A stretch of 64,000 nt of DNA from assembly GCF_963921235.1 (NCBI RefSeq), contig NC_086097.1, positions 231,510,001 through 231,574,000 on the forward strand. The letters run 5' to 3'. The stretch comes from Mobula hypostoma (Eukaryota). Shown here one piece after another: positions 43,309 to 54,930 of the stretch (its first letter is position 1; each line of letters opens with the position of its first letter). The notes beneath the pieces were generated by a model that worked only from the letters and a program-made list of their open reading frames with translations, had not been told where the DNA came from and did not search any database. Position numbers and translations under genes: made by a program.

Positions 43309-43933
43309 TGAATCTTGGGTAGAGTGTACTTTCTTTCTCCCTCTCTTTCCTCTCTAAATTGCCTACTTTCACGTGTCCAAAATCTAAAAAGTTCTGGTAG
43401 ACCTCTTCTGATTTTGGGCTCATTCACAGAAAGGGTCAGGTTGTGAATGGTTATTGTATGGGTTCAGATTTAAGTTTATTGCCTTAAGTACCTGAGTTAG
43501 ATATATCATGAAATTTAGCTGTTTGCAGCAGCAACACAATATACTACAAATAGAAAGTTCCATAAATTTAAATTAACACTTAAGTGAATAGATTGATACT
43601 TCTCGATTCTTTCATGAAATTTTTCATTTTAGTATTTTCCTTCCCTTCCTTTTGCTCAGTTTAGTGTACAGATGATTTTTGTGATTGAAGTGAAACATGG
43701 AAATTTGGTCACGTTGAGAATGCTAGATCAGGCTTTGACTTGCTGTAATTTTATATGGCCTAATTGCAATTTTTGTTTTTCTTTTATTTAATTACTTGAT
43801 GAAATTATTACATATTGATAAAGAATTACTATATTAGACCTTTTTCTTAATATTCTTGATGCAAACATTGAAATAGCAGGGAAAAAAACTTTGTATAATG
43901 CAAAAGTGTGATGATTTAGCTTGATTTAGATAT

Positions 43934-44202
43934 TGGTCGGCAGGTGGTGCAATGGCATCAGTGCCAGTTTCCAGAGCGAAGGCTCCAGAGTTCAAATCCA
44001 AGTCCGGCCCCCCCCCCCGAGCACGCTTTCCATCCATGCCGGGTTGAGCTTCGAGCTAGCCACTCGGCCTTTTTATATATAAAAACAAGGGTCGAGTCAG
44101 GAAGGTTCATATCGTGACCTGGTTAATCCGAAAGGAGACCAATCCTGACACCACACGCCAGACCAGAATGGCTGACTGTCTGGTGCGACACGCTAAAAAA
44201 AA
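43934..44202 (+). mobile_element. tRNA-derived SINE with poly(A) tail
   Basis: A-box tggtgcaatgg, B-box gagttcaaatcc. TSD atttagatat at 43924-43933 and 44203-44212. Relatives at about 26070-26270 (+) and 20270-20435 (-). Confidence 0.8.
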
Positions 44203-44217
44203 ATTTAGATATCTGTG

Positions 44218-44440
44218 ATCTGTGGAATTCTCTGCCACAGCAAACTGTTGAGGCCAGGTCATTAGCTATGTTTAAAAGGAAGTTAGATATGGCCCTTGTG
44301 GCTACAGGGGTCAGGGGGTATGGAGGGAAGGCTGGGTTCTGAGTTGGATGATCAGACATGATCATAATAAATGGCGGTGCAGGCTCGAAGGGCCGAATGG
44401 CCTACTCCTGCACCTATTTTCTATGTTTCTATGTTTCTAT
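44218..44440 (+). mobile_element. CR1 3' end
   Basis: Matches the reverse complement of 2279-2500 and ends in a tttctatg-repeat tail. Confidence 0.88.
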
Positions 44441-44468
44441 ATTAATTTGCAGACTGACATGAAGCTAA

Positions 44469-44672
<204 letters not shown>

Positions 44673-46884
44673 TGATTTTTCTAATACCTATTTCTGATTT
44701 GATGACTACTCTGTATGCCTGACTGAATGTAAATGTTAATACGGTTAATTCAATGGAAATGACAGAACATAATGGTAACAAGTATTCCATGTGCCCATTA
44801 GGAATTGTTCCCCATGTGGAATCTCAAAGAAAATGTCGTCTTGTAGATAATTTAAAAATAAGTTTATAAAAGAGAAATTAGTTTTTATCACAATACATTT
44901 AATAAATAATCGCCATTGCATGTAAAGTAAAAAAAAATATTATTTTGACATGCTGCTTTTAGAGTCAGTAATAGAAAACTTCAGCACAATAACAGTCTCT
45001 TCAGCCCATGTAGTCCATGCCAAGCCTTTTTAGCTGCTTTGTCCCATTGAACTACATCTGGGCCATAGCCCTCCATACTCCTTTAAACCATGTATCTATC
45101 CAAACTTCTCTTAAACATTGAAATCAAAATCGCATCCGCCACTTGCACTGTCAGATTGTTCCACACTCATCACCCTCTGAGTGAAGATGTTTCCCCTCAT
45201 GTTCCCCTTAAACATTTTGTCTTTTACTCTTAACCAATAAGCTCTTTTTGTAGGCGCAACCCGACCTTAGTGGAAAAATGCCTGCTGGCATCTACCCTAC
45301 TTATAACCGTCCAAGTAACTGTTTGCGTGCAACAGTGGCCACACCCCGGTACACCGCTTCAACAGGCCGGGTAAACCAGGTGAGGTTAACCAGGTACCTC
45401 CAATAGGGATATGCCTACCCCAGCATGTGAAGCCAGTTCCAGCAGACTGGGCGGATGAGATCAACTGCAAGATACAATGGCCAAGAAGCTGGTACTGCAA
45501 TGCTTTGTGGAGAGTGAAGGGCATGATAAGACACAGAAGGTGTCATGGCCATCCACTGCAGCTGAGGAAATCTTCAGTCGTGACAATTTTTCGTACTATT
45601 GGACCAAGAGTTTTGAGGCCAAGAGAGTGGAACTTTTTCACTATAAATCTCCTTTTGCACAGGTTTCAACGTCACTGTTGGAAACAACGAACAACCAGCA
45701 AATACCCTTCATAATTTTGTATACCTCTATCAAATCACCCCTCAATCTTCTATGTCCTAGGCAATAATGTTCCAACCTATTCATCGTTTCCATATAACTA
45801 AGGTCTTCCAGACCTAGCAACATCCTTGTAAATTTTCTCTGTACTCTTTCAACTTTTGTTTACATCTTTTCTGTAGGTAGGTGACCAAAGCTGCCCACAA
45901 TACTTTGAAATAGACCTCACCAACATCTTGTACAACGTCAACATAACATGCCAACTCCTGTACTGAATACTTTGATCTTTGAAGGCTAATGCTTCTTTAC
46001 GACCCTGTCTACCCATGATGCTACTTTGTGGATTACGGACATGTATTTTCAGATCCCTTTGTTCTACCACACTCCTCAGCACCCTACCACTCACTGTGTA
46101 AGATCTAGCCTGGCTGGTCCTCCCAAAGTGCTACACCTCACACTTGTCTACATTAATTATATCTGCCATTTTTCATCCAATTTTTCCAGTTAGTCCAGAT
46201 CCTCGCTGTCCACTACACCCCCAGTCTTGGTGTCATCTGCAAATTTGCTGATCCAGTTTTCCACATTGTCAAAAATAGAGGGATATGGCTAACCCTAGGT
46301 AATTTCTAAAGTAGGTACATGTTCAGCACAGCATTGTAGGCCGAAGGGCTTGTATTGTGCTGTAGGTTTTCTATGTTTCTATCATCCAGATCATTGATCT
46401 AGATGACAAACAACAGCAGACCTAACATTGATCCCTGCAGTACTCCACTAGTCACAAGCCTCCAGTCAGAAAGGTAACCATCTACTACCACTCCTGGCTT
46501 CTTCCACGAACCCAATGTCTAATGCTGTTTACTACCTCATCCTGAATGCCAAGTGGCTGAACCTTCTTGACCAATCTCCCATGCGGGTCCTTGTCAGATG
46601 CCTTGCTGAAGTTCACGTAGATAACATCCACTGCCTTGCCTTCATCAACTTCGGACCCTCGCTCCCAGTCCACTCTGTCTGGTGGTCTGCCAGCTTTTTC
46701 CACACGCGTCTTCCTCCTTCTTCTCTCGCCGACAAAAGACCACGAAAATCTCTTCCAGACTCACAAGAAAGAACAGCATTTCTCCCAAACAACAGGAATT
46801 CTGCAGATGCTGGAAATTCAAGCAACACACATCAAAGTTGCTGGTGAACGCAGCAGGCCAGGCAGCATCTGTAGGAAGAGGTGC

Positions 46885-46920
46885 AGTCGACGTTTCAGGC
46901 CGAGACCCTTCGTCAGGACT
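46885..46920 (-). ncRNA. minimal hammerhead ribozyme motif, tandem copy 2
   Basis: Reverse complement reads AGTCCTGACGAAGGGTCTCGGCCTGAAACGTCGACT. Confidence 0.78.
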
Positions 46921-47086
46921 AGAGAGGATCTAAACTTCTTCGGTGTAGGCATCACCGGAAGAGGCTTCGCAGTAGTGAATTTAAACGCAAACAACAGGAA
47001 TTCTGCAGATGCTGGAAATTCAAGCAACACACATCAAAGTTGCTGGTGAATGCAGCAGGCCAGGCAGCATCTGTAGGAAGAGGTGC

Positions 47087-47122
47087 AGTCGACGTTTCAG
47101 GCCGAGACCCTTCGTCAGGACT
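47087..47122 (-). ncRNA. minimal hammerhead ribozyme motif, tandem copy 1
   Basis: Same 36-mer as 46885-46920, offset by 202 nt. Confidence 0.78.
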
Positions 47123-48155
47123 ATGATGAAGGGTCTCGGCCTGAAACGTCGACTGCACCTCTTCCTACAGATGCTGCCTGGCCTGCTGCGTTCACCAGCA
47201 ACTTTGATGTGTGTTGCTAGCATTTCTCCCATTGGATAACATACATTCCAAAGCCCTGTTGTCTCTAGTCATAACCCAAACATTGCTGCTACAGAGAATC
47301 CATTACATTAGCAGTGGAACATTGCAGAGGGACCGTTACATTAGCAGTGAAACCTTACAGCATGTTACACTGGTAACTTCCTTTAAAAAAAATTCCATAA
47401 GATATGGTTAGATACAGCTATCCCTAATCAGGCCCTGTCTATCTAAATACTCGTATATCCAGTCCCTTAGAATACCTTCCAGTAACTTTCTCACTACTGA
47501 TGTCAGGCTCACTGGCCTATAATTTCCTGGTTTATTCTTAGAGCCTTTCTTAAACAGTGGAACAACATTAGCCTCCTCCAATCCTCTGGTACCTCACCTG
47601 TCGCTAAGGATGATTTAAATATCTCTGCTAGGGGCTCTTGCAATTTTTGTACTTGCCTCCCACAGCATCCAACAGAACACCTTGTCAGGCCCTGGGGATT
47701 TATCCACCCTGATTTTCCTCAAGACAGCAAACATCTCCTCGTCTGTTATCTAAATAGGATCTACAACCTCACTGCTGCTTACCTCACTTCTGTAGGCTCT
47801 GTCAGTCTCCCGAGTAAATACAGATGCAAAAAAAGCCACTTAAGATCTCCCCCATTTCTTTTGGCTCCACGTGCAGAATACCATTCTAATCTTCCAGATG
47901 ACTAATTTTGTCCCTTGCAATCCTTTTGCTCTTAACATATCTGTAGAATCCCTTAGAATTTTCCTTCAGCTTGTCTGCCAGTTAAGGCTGATGCCTTCTT
48001 TCAGCTCTTCTAATTTCTTACTTAAATGGTCTAATCCTGACTGTACCACCTAGAATTTGCCTTGATATCTAATTTGCAAGCTCTAGTTCTATGGTTCCTC
48101 CAGTCCTGCATCTGACCTTGAACTTTCGTCAATACCAACAACCAAGCCCTCTGTC

Positions 48156-48391
48156 CACTCGAGACTGCCTGTGGTTTGGAATTCATTGTGCACAGTTGCA
48201 TTAGATTAAATGTTCTATATCACAACTTTGTTCACACTTTGGAAGGACCAGTGCTGTAAAGGAAGTTGCATTCCTCCCAAAATGTGACTCAATTTTTTTT
48301 TACACTTGTGTCTTTTTGGAGTTGTGATATAGAGCATTTAATCTAATGTAACTGTGCACAATGAATTCCAAACCACAGGTGGTCTCGAGTG
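48156..48391. repeat. 72-bp inverted repeat with 92-bp spacer
   Basis: 48156-48227 matches the reverse complement of 48320-48391 at 68 of 72 positions. Confidence 0.9.
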
Positions 48392-49025
48392 AAGCAATGA
48401 AAATATGTTTATTTTTTCAATGCATGTGTTTTTATTGTAAGTTCCTGTTTCCCCAAGCTCTGATGAAAATTGTCTGCTTGTTCTTGTGTCATTTGATCAA
48501 ACCTGAATAATGTTTGAAGTATCAGTCTGAAAGATTCTCGGTGCAGCTGCTTGAACACTCCTGCTGCGGCCATTTGGGAATTGATTACATGTGCATGACT
48601 ATTTAATTTGTTTATTTAGAGATAGTGTGCAGTCTTGGCCTTTCTGGCTCTTTGAGCCCCACTGCCCAGCACCCCCTAATTTAACCCTAAACTTACTCAT
48701 AGGACAATTTGCTGTGATCATTAACCTACTGACTGGTACATCTTTGGATTGTGGGAGGAAACCAGAGAAAATCCACACATTGCACAATGAGAACGTACAA
48801 ATGCCTTACAAATGATGTCTGAATTGAACTCCAACACCCTAACCGGTGATAACGTTGAGCTAGCCACTACCTACTGTGGTGCTTAGTTTTACTTTCCTCC
48901 CGTTGAACTTGGACTTTATGAAGATCAGCAATAAGATGGGGTTTTACACATGGTGAAAGGCATATCCAAATATGGTCCACACATGAAATTGCTGAAAAAC
49001 TTTAACTAGCTAGCACCTCTGCTTT

Positions 49026-49061
49026 AGTCCTGACGAAGGGTCTCGGCCTGAAACGTCGACT
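49026..49061 (+). ncRNA. minimal type-I hammerhead ribozyme motif, intact core
   Basis: AGTC|CTGACGA|AGG-GTCTCGG-CCT|GAA|ACGT|C^|GACT: CUGANGA and GAAA cores, GUC cleavage triplet, helix I AGTC/GACT, palindromic ACGT in place of helix III. Confidence 0.8.
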
Positions 49062-49159
49062 GCACCTCTTCCTACAGATGCTGCCTGGCCTGCTGCGTTC
49101 ACCAGCAACTTTTATGTGTGTTGCTTGAATTTCCAGCATCTGCAGAATTCCTGTTGTTT
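49026..49159 (+). mobile_element. solo 134-nt Penelope terminal module
   Basis: Near-identical to 28931-29064. TSD acctctgcttt at 49015-49025 and 49160-49170. Confidence 0.9.
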
Positions 49160-50060
49160 ACCTCTGCTTTAGGCAGCTTTGACTGTTGTAAGTTTCATTA
49201 TCTATCATTTACAAGAGCACAATCATTGCTTTCTGTGGCAGTAGGAGGAAAAGGGAGGCAGTAAATAATGTCACCCTTCATTCATACTATTTCATTGTGT
49301 TCCTTGGAATGCACGTGAAGACCCCACTTCATTTGAAGATATAGAGACAATCTATGCAAATTCACTAAGACCTTTTACCTATGTCCTTAGGGTGATGTAG
49401 TTATAATGTTGCCATCTCTCAATTACTCATCATTGTGGTCTCCTTTTGTGTAAGTTATGAATCCTATTTCTGCATCACAGGATTGTTTCCAGTTATATTC
49501 AGAAGTTAGATTTCAATTGAGCCAAAGTTTTTAAATTGCTGGTAAGGCCTATATGTGCTCAAACTGAAACAGTTGCTTTACAATAAAGATTCTGAACTTG
49601 AAAGGTCATGTCAATATCATTAATATTACTAATATCATAGTTTAGACTACTCACCCTCTGTCAGTAGAAATTAGTACGTTTACTCCATTTAGACGTATAA
49701 AATCTAAGGACAGTGTGATCCACCCTTCAAACACCACTGAAGCTGATCTAACCTTGAGCTCATCTTTTAAGTAGCTTAGTTATATATTGAAACCTGATTG
49801 GTGGTGGGATTTGGGACAATAAATTTGACATGAACTAAGTCTCCAATAACTCTGTAGAATGAATAATGGGCTGATAAGTACATTGGTAAGGGTCTAGTAT
49901 CTACTTACGAGCCATTTTTAAAATGATCACATGCTGGTGTTGTCTTGTTCACCTGCTGTTAACACATGCATTTTCAAACTAATTGCAATTTTGTAAGTAT
50001 TTGTAAATGGTAATATATATACAAATTGTTAACTGGATCATTTTTTTAAAACTTTCTCAG

Positions 50061-50174
50061 ATTGTGCAAGCCTGATGAAAAAATGTGTGCAATGCAGAGC
50101 AGTTGTGGAACGAAGAGTGCCTTTTATCATGTGTTGTGGTGGGAAAGGTACGGAAGATTCCAATGATGATCTTA
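50061..50174 (+). CDS. mib1: mib1 coding exon (about exon 19), second half of RING2
   Basis: tctcag| and |gtgagt, 114 bp. [37 protein letters not shown]. Confidence 0.96.
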
Positions 50175-50479
50175 GTGAGTTAATTCTTAACACAATCCAT
50201 TTTTTATTTTCTTTGGATCTCCTTTGCATTTAAATCTTGATATTTGTGTGGTATATAAATGAGGCTGAATCTGAAAGAGTCTCAGCCAAGACATCGACTT
50301 TCTCTTTCTTTCCGTAGATGCTGCCTGACCTCCTGAGTTCTTCCAGCATCTTGTCTGTGTTACTCTGGATTTCCAGCATCTGAAGAATCTGTTGTACTTA
50401 AACTTTATTCTATTTTCACTGGTGTGACATCATCTACACCAGTGGACTGTAATTTTAACTGTGTAAATGAAATCAATTG

Positions 50480-52992
50480 GGCCTCACGTTTGTCCCCCTT
50501 CGCCCACACCTCAGCGAGTTCCGTGTTCACCATGATGCGGAACTTTTCTTCCGCCATCTCCGTCTCCAAGCCAACTTCTTCAGCAAGGACTCTTCCACCC
50601 CCACAGATGACCCCTTCTCCCGTCTTCAACCCTCCTCTTCTTCATGGACACCCCGCTCTGGTCTTCTGCCTGCTCTGGATCTCTTTATCGCTAATTGCCG
50701 ACGGGACATCAACCGTCTCGACTTCACCGCACCTTGTCCCCATTCCAACCTCACTCCTTCGGAACGCTCTGCTCTCCACTCCCTCCGCACTAATCCTAAC
50801 CTTATTATTAAACCCGCCGATAAGTGGGGTGCTGTTGTAGTCTGGCGTACTGACCTCTACCTTGCCGAGGCACAGCGACAACTCGCCAATGCCTCCTCTT
50901 ATTTACGCCTCGATCGTGACCCCACTAAGGAGCACCAGGCCATTGTCTCCCACACCATCACCGACTTTATCCGCTCAGGAGATCTCCCATCCACTGCTAC
51001 CAACCTTATAGTTCCCACACCCTGCACTTCCCGTTTCTACCTCCTACCCAAGATCCACAAACCTGCCTGTCCTGGCCGACCTATTGTCTCAGCTTGCTCC
51101 TGCCCCACCGAACTCGTTTCTGCATACCTCGACACTGTTTTATCAATCCCTTCCGACCTATGTTCGTGACACTTCTCACGCTCTTAAACTTTTCGATGAT
51201 TTTAAGTTCCCTGGCCTCCACCGCTTTATTTTCACCATGGATGTCCAGTCCTTATATACTTCCATCCCCCATCAGGATGGTCTCAAAGCTCAACGCTTCT
51301 TTTTGGATTCCAGACCTAATCAGTTCCCCTCTACCACCACTCTGCTCCGTCTAGCGGGATTAGTCCTTATTCTTAATAATTTCTCCTTTGGCTCCTCCCA
51401 CTTCCTCCAAACTAAAGGTTTAGCTATGGGCACCCATATGGGTCCTAGCTATGCCTGCCTTTTTGTTGGCTTTGTGGAACAATCTATGTTCCGTGCCTAT
51501 TCTGGTATCTGTCCCCCACTTTTCCTTCGCTACATCGACGACTGCATTGGCGCTGCTTCCTGCACGCATGCAGAACTCGTTGACTTTATTAACTTTGCCT
51601 CCAACTTTCACCCTGCCCTCAAGTTTACCTGGTCCATTTCCGACACCTCCCTCCCCTTTCTAGATCTTTCTGTCTCTGTCTCTGGAGACAGCTTATCCAC
51701 TGATGTCTACTATAAGCCTACTGACTCTCACAGCTATCTGGACTATTCCTCTTCTCACCCTGTCTCTTGCAAAAATGCCATCCCCTTCTCGCAATTCCAC
51801 CGTCTCCACCGCATCTGCTCTCAGGATGAGGCTTTTCATTCTAGGACGAGGGAGATGTCTTCCTTTTTTAAAGAAAGGGGCTTCCCTTCCTCCACTATCA
51901 ACTCTGCTCTTAAACGCATCTCCCCCATTTCACGTACATCTGCTCTCACTCCATCCTCCCGCCACCCCACTAGGAATAGGGTTCCCCTGGTCCTCACCTA
52001 CCACCCCACCAGCCTCCGGGTCCAACATATTATTCTCCGTAACTTCCGCCACCTCCAACGGGATCCGACCACTAAGCACATCTTTCCCTCCCCCCCCCTC
52101 TGCATTCCGCAGGGATCACTCCCTACGCAACTCCCTTGCCCATTCGTCCTCCCCATCCCTCCCCACTGATCTCCCTCCTGGCGCTTATCCGTGTAAGCGG
52201 AACAAGTGCTACACATGCCCTTACACTTCCTCCCTTACCACCATTCAGGGCCCCAAACAGTCCTTGCAGGTGAGGCAACACTTCACCCGTGAGTCGACTG
52301 GGGTGATATACTGCGTCCGGTGCTCCCGATGTGGCCTTTTATATATTGGCGAGACCTGACGCAGACTGGGAGACTGCTTTGCTGAACATCTACGCTCTGT
52401 CCGCCAAAGAAAGCAGGATCTCCCAGTGGCCACACATTTTAATTCCACATCCCATTCCTATTCTGACATGACTATCCACGGCCTCCTCTACTGTAAAGAT
52501 GAAGCCACACTTGGGTTGGAGGAACAATACCTTATATTCCATCTGGGTAGCCTCCAACCTGATGGCATGAACATCGACTTTGCTAACTTCCGCTAAGGCC
52601 CCACCTCCCCCTCGTACCCCATCTGTTACTTATTTTTATGCACACATTCTTCCTCTCACTCTCCTTTTTCTCCCTCTGTCCCTCTGAATATACCTCTTGC
52701 CCATCCTCTGGGTCCCCCCCCCCCTTGTCTTTCTTCCCGGACCTCCTGTCCCATGATCCTCTCGTATCCCCTTTTGCCTATCACCTGTCCAGCTCTTGGC
52801 TCCATCCCTCCCCCTCCTGTCTTCTCCTATCATTTTGGATCTCCCCCTCCCCCTCCAACTTTCAAATCCCTTACTCACTCTTCCTTCAGTTAGTCCTGAC
52901 GAAGGATCTCGGCCTGAAACGTTGACTGCACCTCTTCCTACAGATGCTGCCTGGCCTGCTGCGTTCACCAGCAACTTTGATGTGTGTTGCTT
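50480..52992 (+). mobile_element. Penelope-like retroelement (Neptune-type), 5'-truncated: RT, Cys linker, GIY-YIG endonuclease, 3' terminal repeat
   Basis: ORFs 50477-51169, 51084-52169 and 51703-52359 carry IIKPADK, FYLLPKIHK..GRPIVS, MDVQSLYT, GLAMG, RYIDD, CKRNKCYTC and GVIYC..C..LYIGET. Two frameshifts, one premature stop, natural stop at 52594-52596. (t)caattg flanks both sides. Confidence 0.92.
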
Positions 52993-53089
52993 CAATTGCA
53001 ATTTAGATGAGCAAAATGAGGGATTTGGTATTGACAATAAGCTTGTTTGTGCATACAACTTAGTTACATTGTTTCTTTCTTAAATCTTG

Positions 53090-54930
53090 GGTGACTGTCA
53101 GGAGAGGGAAAGGGAACAGGTAGCCAGTGCACCCCTTTGGCCATTCCCTTCGGCCATTCCCTTCAATATTAAGTATACTACTCAGGATACTGTTGAGGGG
53201 AGATGACCTGTCAGGTTCTGTGATTCAGAAAGGAAGTGGGAAGAAGTGGAGAGTGCAGTGGTGATTAAGGGTATATTAAATAGGGCAGCAGGAATCAGTT
53301 TCTGTTGATGTGAAGGAGACACCCAGATGGTACGTTGCCTCCCAGGTGCCAGGGCCGGGAATGTCTCAAATCAAGTGCACAACATTCTGCCTACTCCCAT
53401 CAACTTGCACTAGGACCATAGCCCTCCATACCCTTACCATCCATGTACCTATCCAAACTTGTCTTAAACGTTGAAATCGAGCTTGCATGCTCCACTTGTT
53501 CCACCCTCTCATGACTCTCTGAGAGAAGAAGTTTCCCCTCTGGTTCCCCTTAAACTTTTCACCTGTCATCCTTAACCCATGACCTCTGGTTGTAGTCCCA
53601 TCCAAACTCAGTGGAAAAAGCCTGCTTGCATTTATCCTATCTATACCCCTCATAATTTTGCATACCTCTATCAAGTCTCCTCTCGACACTCGATGTTGCA
53701 AAGAATAAAGCTCTAACCTATTCAGTCCTTCCCTAATGGCTCAGGTCTTCCAAACCCAGCAACACCCTTGAAAATTTTCTCTGTACTCTTTCAATCTTAT
53801 TGACATCTTTCCTGTAGGTGGTGACCAAAAATCTACACAATACTCCAAATTAGACCTCATCAATGTCTTGTACGACTTCGTTATAACATCCCATCTCCTA
53901 TACTTAATACTTTGATTTACGAAGGCCAATGTGCCAAAAGCTTTCTTTACGACCCTACCTACCTGTGAAGCTACTTTTAATAAATTATGGGCCTGTATTT
54001 CCAGATTCCTTTGTTCTACCATACTCCTCAGTGCACCACTGTTCACTGTGTAAGACCTACCCTTGTTGGCCCTACCAAAGTGCAACATCTCAAACTTGTC
54101 TGCATTAAGCTCCACCTGCCATATTTCAGCCCATTTTTCCAGCTGGTCCAGATCCCACTGCAACCCATGATAATCTTCCTTGCTGTCCATTACATCCCCA
54201 TTCATGGTGTTATCCACAAATTTACTGATCTGAGGTGCAGAGGGACTTGAGTCCTCATGCAGGATTGCCTAAAGTTCACTTGCAGGTTGAGTTGGTGGTA
54301 TGCAATGTTAGTAGTCATTTTGAGAGCACTAACGTATAAAAGTAAGAATGTAATACTGAAGCTTTATATGGCACGGATGAGGCCTCACTTGGAGTATTGT
54401 GAGTAGTTTTGGGCCCCACAACTTAAGAAAGAGTGTGCTGGCATTGGAGAGAGTCCAGAGGAGATTCAGAAGAATGATCCCAGGAATGAAAAGGTAAACA
54501 TATGAGGAGCGTTTGACTGCTTTGGGCCTGTATTTGCTGGAGTTTAGGAGAATAAGGGGTGATCTCATTGAAACCTATCGAATATTGAAAGTCTAGATAG
54601 AGTGGATGTGGAGAGAATGTTTCCGATAGTGGGGGAGCCTAGGGCCAGAGGACACAGCCTTAGAACTGAGGGATGTCCATTTAGAATAAAGATGAGAAAA
54701 AAATTTCTTTAGGCAGTGGGTGGTGAATTTGTGGAATTCTTTGCCTCAGATAGCGGTGGAGGCCAGGTCATTTGGTATATTTAAGGTAGAGGTTTATAGG
54801 TTATTGATTATCAAGGACATCAAAGATGCCTGAAGGCAGAAGAATGGGGTTGAGAAGGATAATAAATCAGTGGAGCAGACTCAAAGGGCCAAATGACTTA
54901 AATCTGCTCCTATGTCTTACAGTCTTATTA
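53090..54930. mobile_element. CR1 fragments (plus 53090-53365 and 54235-54930; minus 53366-54232)
   Basis: RGDLIEVCKIMRG and NLEYCV remnants, with CR1-type 3' tails. Confidence 0.8.

Larger units (their letters stand above)
46787..47218 (-). mobile_element. miniature Penelope-like element: two tandem 134-nt terminal modules, a 68-nt spacer and an inverted partial module
   Basis: Modules at 46787-46920 and 46989-47122 (minus), inverted partial copy at 47124-47218. 12-bp TSD agcatttctccc at 46775-46786 and 47219-47230. Confidence 0.9.
46646..47369 (-). mobile_element. possible partial LTR (host of the mini-Penelope)
   Basis: Non-CR1 insert ending tgttaca (TGTAACA on the minus strand), with an internal 33-bp imperfect tandem repeat near 47300-47360. 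Other end not seen. Confidence 0.4.
44970..48030 (-). mobile_element. fragmented CR1 hosting several nested insertions
   Basis: RT remnants (RRLRGDLIEVYK, VDVIYVNFSKA) interrupted at about 45305-45700, 46271-46382 and 46646-47369. Confidence 0.8.

Noticed and set aside
43934..44010. tRNA gene
   Set aside because: The A and B boxes belong to a SINE head with a body, poly(A) tail and TSD. No complete cloverleaf.
46787..47218. CRISPR-like or satellite array
   Set aside because: Only two direct copies of a Penelope terminal module, in a eukaryotic context with no cas genes.
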